Both the position numbers and the translations under genes were made by a program. Positions 32,169 to 36,799 of a DNA stretch of 36,799 bases are shown here, one piece after another. Source of the DNA: Acidimicrobiales bacterium (lineage in GTDB: Bacteria; Actinomycetota; Acidimicrobiia; Acidimicrobiales; VFJN01); contig DATFFY010000494.1 of NCBI GenBank assembly GCA_035249805.1, positions 1 to 36,799 of the forward strand, given 5' to 3'. The notes below the pieces were generated by a model. That model did no database searches. It was given only the letters and a program-made list of their open reading frames with translations, and was not told where the DNA came from. The number at the start of each line of letters is the position of its first letter. Positions within the stretch are counted from its first letter, which is position 1.

Positions 32169-32914
32169 AGCTCGTCGTGGGTGTCGATGAGACCCCGGAG
32201 TCGGCGGCGGCGGTCACCTGGGCGGCAGCACTCGCAGGTGCCTCGGCCTCGACCGTCACCATCGCCGAGGTGTTCGAGCCCGAGGAGGCGGAGCGCCCAC
32301 CGGAGCATGCAGCAGAGCTGCGCCGAGAGGCCGGCCATCGACTGACCTCGTGGGTCGAGCGCCTGGGCCTGGGTCTCCCCCACTGCGCTGCGCTCGCTCT
32401 GGAAGGCCGGCCCGTCGGTTCTCTCGCTGCGCTCGCCGACCGCTCCGGAGCGGACGCGTTGATCATCGGCTCGAAGCCCTATGAGGGCGTCAGCCGCTGG
32501 GCGCTGGGCAGCCTGGCCCATGCGCTCGTCCACCACGTCCACTGCCCGCTCATCGTGGTCCCGAACGCCGGCGCGGACCTGACCGGTGGTCAGCTGCTGG
32601 TGTGCGACGACGACACCGAGGGCGGCCGCGTAGCAGTGCAATGGGCCAGGAACCTCGGCGGGCAGGTCGGAGCGGAGGTCGAGGTCGTACGACCGGACGG
32701 CCGCGATCCCGCCCGACAGCTTCGGGCCCTGGCCTGGGAGACCAGCGCTGGATTGCTGGTCGTCCCCGCCCGGTCGCATCACAGCTTCGATGGCTGGCTC
32801 GTCGGCGCCCTGCCCGATGCGCTGCTCCACCACCCCACCTGTCCTGTCGCCGTCCTGCCGTACGGGTACCTGACCCGCTCTCGCGATCTTCTCCGCTCCG
32901 GGAGCCGGCCATGA
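32165..32914 (+). CDS. universal stress protein (tandem USP domains)
   Basis: GTG 32165 overlaps upstream TGA 32166-32168. KLVVGVDETPESAAAV...ALIIGSKPYEGVSRWALGSLAHALVHHVHCPLIVVP, then a second, more degenerate domain ending HHPTCPVAVLP. Confidence 0.8.
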   Translation: MKLVVGVDETPESAAAVTWAAALAGASASTVTIAEVFEPEEAERPPEHAAELRREAGHRLTSWVERLGLGLPHCAALALEGRPVGSLAALADRSGADALIIGSKPYEGVSRWALGSLAHALVHHVHCPLIVVPNAGADLTGGQLLVCDDDTEGGRVAVQWARNLGGQVGAEVEVVRPDGRDPARQLRALAWETSAGLLVVPARSHHSFDGWLVGALPDALLHHPTCPVAVLPYGYLTRSRDLLRSGSRP

Positions 32915-33378
32915 CGGAGCGGCCCGCCTTCCCTGCCCGCCCTCTCCCCCCGGGGTATAGAAACGATCCCGTGAGACTGCTCATCGCAGCGGGCGAGACG
33001 GCTTCTGATCTCTCCGAGCTGCCCGACGGTGTTCGCTCCCTCGTCGACGCGGCGTCGGAGATCCTGGTGATGTCCCCGAGCCTCACGGGACGGCTCAACT
33101 GGTTGACCGGCGACAACGCCCGCGCCCGTCGCCTCGCCGATGACCGCCTCGAAGCCGTCCTCGGCCAGCTCGAGACCGAAGGCGTCGCCGCGTCCGGCAT
33201 GCGCGGAGACGAGCTGCCCAGGACAGCGTTCGCGGATGCCGTCCTGCAGTTCGCCCCTGATCACATCCTCATCGGCCTTCGTTCGGGCGCTCACCGAGGC
33301 TGGCAGGAGCGAGGTCTGCTCGATCACCTCGTCGATCGCTTCCGGTTGCCCTTGACCGTGTTCGTGCTCGACGCGTGA
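32911..33378 (+). CDS. hypothetical protein (alpha/beta, possibly degenerate USP-like)
   Basis: ATG 32911 overlaps upstream TGA (ATGA). 155 aa with good codon bias. No motif recognised. Confidence 0.6.
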   Translation: MTERPAFPARPLPPGYRNDPVRLLIAAGETASDLSELPDGVRSLVDAASEILVMSPSLTGRLNWLTGDNARARRLADDRLEAVLGQLETEGVAASGMRGDELPRTAFADAVLQFAPDHILIGLRSGAHRGWQERGLLDHLVDRFRLPLTVFVLDA

Positions 33379-34274
33379 TGAGTACCCCTGAGGCGACCCC
33401 TCGCCTTCCCGATGTGCACGTCAACAACGTGCTCGTGCCGTTGGACGGGTCGGAGCTCGCGCTCCAGGCGATGCCGACTGCTCGGGTGCTCGCGCAACGC
33501 CTCGATGCGGATCTGCACACCGTCACCGTGGCCAACGGCCCTCCCGACGCCGACCGAGCGCGTGCCCTGTCGGCCGCGGCACTCGGCGTGTCGCCGGACG
33601 ACGAGCGCGTGTCCGTGGTCAACGAAGGTGACCCCGCAGAGGTGATCGCTCGGCACGCCAAGGCGCTCGGCTCGTGCTTGGTGTGCCTAGCGACCCATGG
33701 CCGCGGCAGGTTGAGCGGCGCGCTCGTAGGTTCGGTCGCGCGATCTGTGTTGCACCTCTCGGACGGTCCGGTCGTCGCGCTTGGGCCTTCGGCGGACAAT
33801 CCTGGGTGGTCGCCTCGCCCGAGGGGTTGGCCGGAGCCGCTGTCGGTCTCCCGGATCGTGGCGTGCGTCGACGGCAGCACTGCATCCGAGCAGGTTCTTC
33901 CGCTCGCAACGGGTTGGGCCAGGGCTCTCGAGATGTCACTCACGATCCTCACCGTCATCGATGACGCTCCGACCGCCGTCAGAGCGGCCCGCGGGCAGGC
34001 TCGCTACGGAGGCCACGCGGAACCTGCGACCTACATCGAGGAGCTCGTGGAGCGGTTGCGGTCACAGCTCCCGGACGTGGACGGCGAGGTGGTGCGCGAC
34101 CCGATCGGCGCCGCCGGCGGCATCCGAGCTCACTTGGACCGGCGTCCGGCGGGTCTCGTCGCGTTGACAACCCATGCACGCTCGGGGTTGCAACGAGTCA
34201 TGCTCGGCGCGGCGGCGGCCAGCATCGTCCACGCCTCGGTTGCCCCCTGCCTGGTCTCACCGGTGCGTCCGTGA
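33375..34274 (+). CDS. universal stress protein (tandem USP domains)
   Basis: GTG 33375 or ATG 33378 overlaps upstream TGA 33376-33378. VLVPLDGSELALQAM...CLATHGRGRLSGALVGSVARSVLHLSDGPVVAL, and a second domain IVACVDGSTASEQVL...ALTTHARSGLQRVMLGAAAASIVHASVAPCLV. Confidence 0.85.
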   Translation: MMSTPEATPRLPDVHVNNVLVPLDGSELALQAMPTARVLAQRLDADLHTVTVANGPPDADRARALSAAALGVSPDDERVSVVNEGDPAEVIARHAKALGSCLVCLATHGRGRLSGALVGSVARSVLHLSDGPVVALGPSADNPGWSPRPRGWPEPLSVSRIVACVDGSTASEQVLPLATGWARALEMSLTILTVIDDAPTAVRAARGQARYGGHAEPATYIEELVERLRSQLPDVDGEVVRDPIGAAGGIRAHLDRRPAGLVALTTHARSGLQRVMLGAAAASIVHASVAPCLVSPVRP

Positions 34275-34302
34275 TCCCCCAGGCCAACCGGCGGCGGCGA
34301 GC

Positions 34303-34614
34303 ATGAGCGATCCGACCGTCGTCGAGGAGATCGCGTCACTGCGCGACCGCGGCTACGTCGCTGACTTCAGGGTCACTCTCGCCGGGCAGCTGTACTGCGA
34401 CACCTGCGGCCACGTCCTCGAGGCCAGCGCCGCAGTGATCGAGTCGACCGCTCGCTTCGAGGGAGCATCGAACCCCGATGACCAAGCGGTCGTCTTCGGG
34501 CTTTGGGCGGGCGTGCGTGGGGTCCTCGTGGCCGCCTACGGCCCGACCGCGACGGCAGCGGAGGCCGCCGTCGTGACCGCTCTCTCGCATCCTCCGTCTG
34601 ACCGAGCGAGCTAG
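34303..34614 (+). CDS. small hypothetical protein with a CxxC pair
   Basis: ATG 34303. 103 aa. RGYVADFRVTLAGQLYCDTCGHVLEASAAVIESTARFEGASNPDDQAVVFG. The upstream part of track ORF 34174..34614 is shadow of the preceding gene. Confidence 0.55.
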   Translation: MSDPTVVEEIASLRDRGYVADFRVTLAGQLYCDTCGHVLEASAAVIESTARFEGASNPDDQAVVFGLWAGVRGVLVAAYGPTATAAEAAVVTALSHPPSDRAS

Positions 34615-34647
34615 TCCGCGAAACGCCCGTCGACCTGACCAGGTCGG

Positions 34648-35526
34648 TCAGATGTTCGCTTGCTCTGGAGGCGCGGCGTCGCGCGCCGGGAGCGATGCGG
34701 CGGCACGATCGCTCGTCGGATCCGGACAGTCGGCGCCCAGCGTGTAGCTCGTCATCGATATCGATCCGTAGGCGGAACCCTCGACGAGGACCTGGGGTGT
34801 GTCGCCCGTCGCGGCGGCGAGGGCCGCGATGTAGAGCAGCGGGATGAAGTGGTCAGGGGTGGGCACCGCAAGGCCGAAGTCCTTGTGCTCGACGAGCTTC
34901 AGGACGTCGCCTGGGTTGTCCCGCATCAGCGAGGTGGCAGCCTCGTCGAAGCGGCGGTTCCAGTCGAAGCCGCCGGCAGGCTGGTCCCAGTCGATGCGGC
35001 GGAGGTTGTGCACGAGGTTTCCACTGCCCACGACAAGGATCCCGTGATCGCGCAGCGGGGCCAACCGAGCGCCGAGGTCGAGGTGGTCGTCGAGGGGCTG
35101 CAGAGCGTTGATCGAGAGCTGCACCACCGGGACGTCGGCATGCGGGAACATGTGCGCCAACACCGACCACGTGCCGTGGTCGAGCCCCCAGCTGTCGACA
35201 TCGAGGCCGACCCACCGCGGCTTGACGGTCTCGACGACGAGCTCGGCGACCTCCGGGTTGCCCGGGGCGGGATAGTCGAACGCGAACAGCTCGTCGGGAA
35301 ATCCGTAGAAGTCGTGGATCACGCGGGGACGCGGCATCGCCGTCACCGCCGTTGCGTTGGTGTACCAGTGGGCCGAGATCGAAAGGACGGCGCGGGGTGT
35401 GGCGACGCAGTCGCCGAAGGCGCGCCAGGAGTCCGTGTAGCGGTTGTGCTCGAGGGTGTTCATCGGGCTTCCGTGCCCGACGAACACAGCCGGCATCGTC
35501 GAGAGGTCGGTCACTGGGGGCTCCAT
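34648..35526 (-). CDS. 4,5-DOPA dioxygenase extradiol-like (LigB/YgiD family)
   Basis: MPAVFVGHGSPMNTLE...LSISAHW...VIHDFYGFPDELF...DHGTWSVL...VVQLSI...ILVVGSGNLVHNL. Start at ATG 35526 (GGAG upstream, overlaps the pirin gene by 16 nt) or ATG 35496. Confidence 0.85.
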   Translation of the reverse strand: MEPPVTDLSTMPAVFVGHGSPMNTLEHNRYTDSWRAFGDCVATPRAVLSISAHWYTNATAVTAMPRPRVIHDFYGFPDELFAFDYPAPGNPEVAELVVETVKPRWVGLDVDSWGLDHGTWSVLAHMFPHADVPVVQLSINALQPLDDHLDLGARLAPLRDHGILVVGSGNLVHNLRRIDWDQPAGGFDWNRRFDEAATSLMRDNPGDVLKLVEHKDFGLAVPTPDHFIPLLYIAALAAATGDTPQVLVEGSAYGSISMTSYTLGADCPDPTSDRAAASLPARDAAPPEQANI

Positions 35527-36443
35527 GGCGGCGCTCCGACCTCGATGCGAGGCAGCCGCGAGTCCACCCGGCCGAAGCGCTCAGCCTCCGCCATCCAGTC
35601 GCGGTGCGCAGCGATGACCTCGTCGCGCGTGCGGGCGACGAAGTTCCACCACATGAGCACAGGCTCGTCCAACGGCACGCCGCCGACGACGAGGGCCCGA
35701 GTGGGGGTGTCGACCGTCAGGCTGAGCTCGTCTCGGCCGACACCGACGTAGGCGAGCTGTCCGGGCTCGACAGCCCTCCCCTCGATGAGCACCGCCCCGG
35801 CGAGCACGACGAGTGCGTGCTCGTAGTCGGTGCGGAGCGGAAGGGTTGCTCGGCCGGGCCGGAGAGCGAGGTCGAAGCCGGCGTGGTCGGTGTCCCGCCG
35901 GGCGGGCGACCTGACCTCGACGAGATCGCCGACCAGAACGGTGGCGCTGCCGTGCTCGAGCTCGACCTTCGGCAGCTCCGAGTGGTGCTCGAACGAGGCC
36001 GCCCCATGTCGGCTGTGCGACGGCTGTGCCACCCACAGCTGGACGCCGTGGACGTCGCCACGAGGGTGGCCCGTGCCCTCCTCGGAGTGGGCGACGCCGT
36101 TGCCGGCGGTCATGAGGTTGAGCTGACCCGGCCTGATGAGCTGCTCGGTGCCGAGCGAGTCGCGGTGCAGCGCTTCGCCGGCCAGCAGCCAGGTGACGGT
36201 CTGCAGGCCGATGTGAGGGTGAGGGGCGACACCCAGGCCGCCCTCGTCGAGCGTCGCGGGGCCCATGTGGTCGATGAAGCACCAGGCGCCAACCGTGCGG
36301 CGGGCTCGACGGGGCAACGCCCGCCGTACAGGCAGCGCGCCCACCTGGCTGACTCGGCTCTCGGTGATCTCGAGCGTGGCCGAGTGCGCAGCGACCGGCT
36401 CCTCGTCGATGCCCGCGTCCGCGGAGGTGACGGGACCGCTCAC
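35511..36443 (-). CDS. pirin-family protein
   Basis: GTG 36443 preceded by AGAGGGA. VRRALPRRARRTVGAWCFIDHMGP...APHPHIGLQTVTWLLAGEALHRDSLG...LNLMTAGNGVAHSE...GVQLWVA. Confidence 0.85.
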   Translation of the reverse strand: MSGPVTSADAGIDEEPVAAHSATLEITESRVSQVGALPVRRALPRRARRTVGAWCFIDHMGPATLDEGGLGVAPHPHIGLQTVTWLLAGEALHRDSLGTEQLIRPGQLNLMTAGNGVAHSEEGTGHPRGDVHGVQLWVAQPSHSRHGAASFEHHSELPKVELEHGSATVLVGDLVEVRSPARRDTDHAGFDLALRPGRATLPLRTDYEHALVVLAGAVLIEGRAVEPGQLAYVGVGRDELSLTVDTPTRALVVGGVPLDEPVLMWWNFVARTRDEVIAAHRDWMAEAERFGRVDSRLPRIEVGAPPWSPQ

Positions 36444-36640
36444 GCGCGTCCCTCTTGCAATCGGGTCGAGTGGAGGTCCAGCCCGTCACCAAGGGCAGAC
36501 AGCATCGAGGCCTCCGGCGCCACGGCTCGCTCCTTACCCGCTCGCGGTCCTGATCGCCTGCATGGATGTGGCGACGGTAGCTGTCGGCCAATGCCGGCGA
36601 CACGGTGACCGTCGATGGCCACGGCGACCACTCGCACGAC

Positions 36641-36655
36641 CCCGGCTGAGCCGGG
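36641..36655 (-). terminator. short hairpin just downstream of the partial USP gene
   Basis: CCCGGC (36641-36646), tga, GCCGGG (36650-36655), 15 nt downstream of stop 36670-36672 on the minus strand. No U-tract. Confidence 0.25.
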
Positions 36656-36669
36656 ATCAGCGACGTCCT

Positions 36670-36799
36670 TCACCTGTGGGGCAAGCCGGCCCGGTCGGTT
36701 GGGGGCACCACCACGATGGGGCACTCTGCGTGGTGGGCCAGCTGGTAGCTGACCGAACCCAGCAGTAGCTCCCGGAACCCGCCGAGGCCTCTCGAACCG
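36670..36799 (-). CDS. universal stress protein, C-terminal end only (5' part outside window)
   Basis: Minus-strand frame open to the window edge reads [42 protein letters not shown](TGA), the canonical USP C-terminal ATP-loop/helix/strand motif. Not in the ORF track because there is no start inside the window. Confidence 0.8.
   Translation of the reverse strand, partial: GSRGLGGFRELLLGSVSYQLAHHAECPIVVVPPTDRAGLPHR

Noticed and set aside
36440-36724. 94-aa minus-strand ORF between the pirin gene and the partial USP gene.
   Set aside because: R/P/G-rich, with no motif. Its upstream part overlaps the clearly recognisable USP C-terminus in another frame. Treated as intergenic or promoter DNA for the pirin gene.
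1-36799. Many long ORFs in the track on alternate frames or the opposite strand. Examples: 13..492 part of 13..1398, 237..1394 part of 237..2489, 1107..2753(-), 2576..4693(+), 4543..5970 part of 4543..6597, 7292..8794(+), 16306..18030(+), 17915..19570(+), 18360..19745(-), 28143..29783(+), 30111..31700(-), 35352..36608(+), 35581..36603(-).
   Set aside because: Their translations are dominated by R/P/A/G runs with no recognisable motifs. They overlap genes that have clear family signatures. This is the usual stop-codon-poor shadow-ORF artefact of very GC-rich DNA.
1-36799. Search for rRNA, tRNA, CRISPR arrays, IS elements, integrases and phage genes.
   Set aside because: I saw no tRNA-like T-arm/acceptor pattern, no spaced direct repeats, no terminal inverted repeats flanking a transposase-like ORF, and no integrase or phage motifs. 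A by-eye scan could miss a small ncRNA.

Overview
This is a 36.8-kb, very GC-rich, gene-dense chromosomal segment. It looks actinobacterial: frequent GTG starts, GTGA/ATGA stop-start overlaps, TANNNT-type -10 boxes and probable leaderless genes. All calls come from reading the translations and the DNA by eye, with no database search. Family names are therefore motif-level recognitions, and several start codons are uncertain.

I can support about 43 intact CDSs, one candidate 28-aa membrane peptide, three decayed gene remnants, one start-less lipoprotein-like frame, and a few hairpins and operator-like palindromes. I recognised no rRNA, tRNA, CRISPR array, transposase, integrase or phage gene.

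Layout:
- 1-5.9 kb: lipid or xenobiotic-type catabolic genes. These are two APH-fold kinases and a hypothetical on the + strand, and an acyl-CoA-dehydrogenase-fold protein, an FAD oxidoreductase and a crotonase on the - strand.
- 6-10.6 kb: a patch with three gene remnants (glycolipid-binding family, GH15, cupredoxin) mixed with VOC, FAD/BBE oxidase, STAS and alpha/beta-hydrolase genes.
- 10.6-13.5 kb: an OmpR-type two-component system, a MarR regulator and a second STAS gene.
- 13.9-16.7 kb: a metal-dependent hydrolase, a BON protein and an MDR oxidoreductase.
- 16.7-22.2 kb: a tightly coupled five-gene minus-strand operon of quinone-type dehydrogenases (PoxB-like TPP enzyme, 4-TM protein, GADH-subunit-3-like protein, GMC flavoprotein, LldD-like FMN dehydrogenase).
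- 22.3-36.8 kb: a redox/stress-flavoured region. It holds a PAS protein, two paralogous Cys-containing HTH regulators and a DoxX-patatin-FolE operon. It also has DUF3565/TehB-like, DksA/TraR-like, cupredoxin, group III truncated hemoglobin, CopD/HemJ-like membrane protein and 1-Cys peroxiredoxin genes. Beyond those lie an orphan NuoF-like protein with a hemerythrin-like C-terminal extension, several universal stress proteins, a DOPA-dioxygenase-like protein and a pirin.

The most interesting signals:
- The NuoF-hemerythrin-like fusion operon.
- A thrice-repeated TCTAGT-N4-ACTAGA palindrome. It flanks the adjacent HTH regulator and sits on the start regions of the peroxiredoxin gene and the NuoF-like operon.
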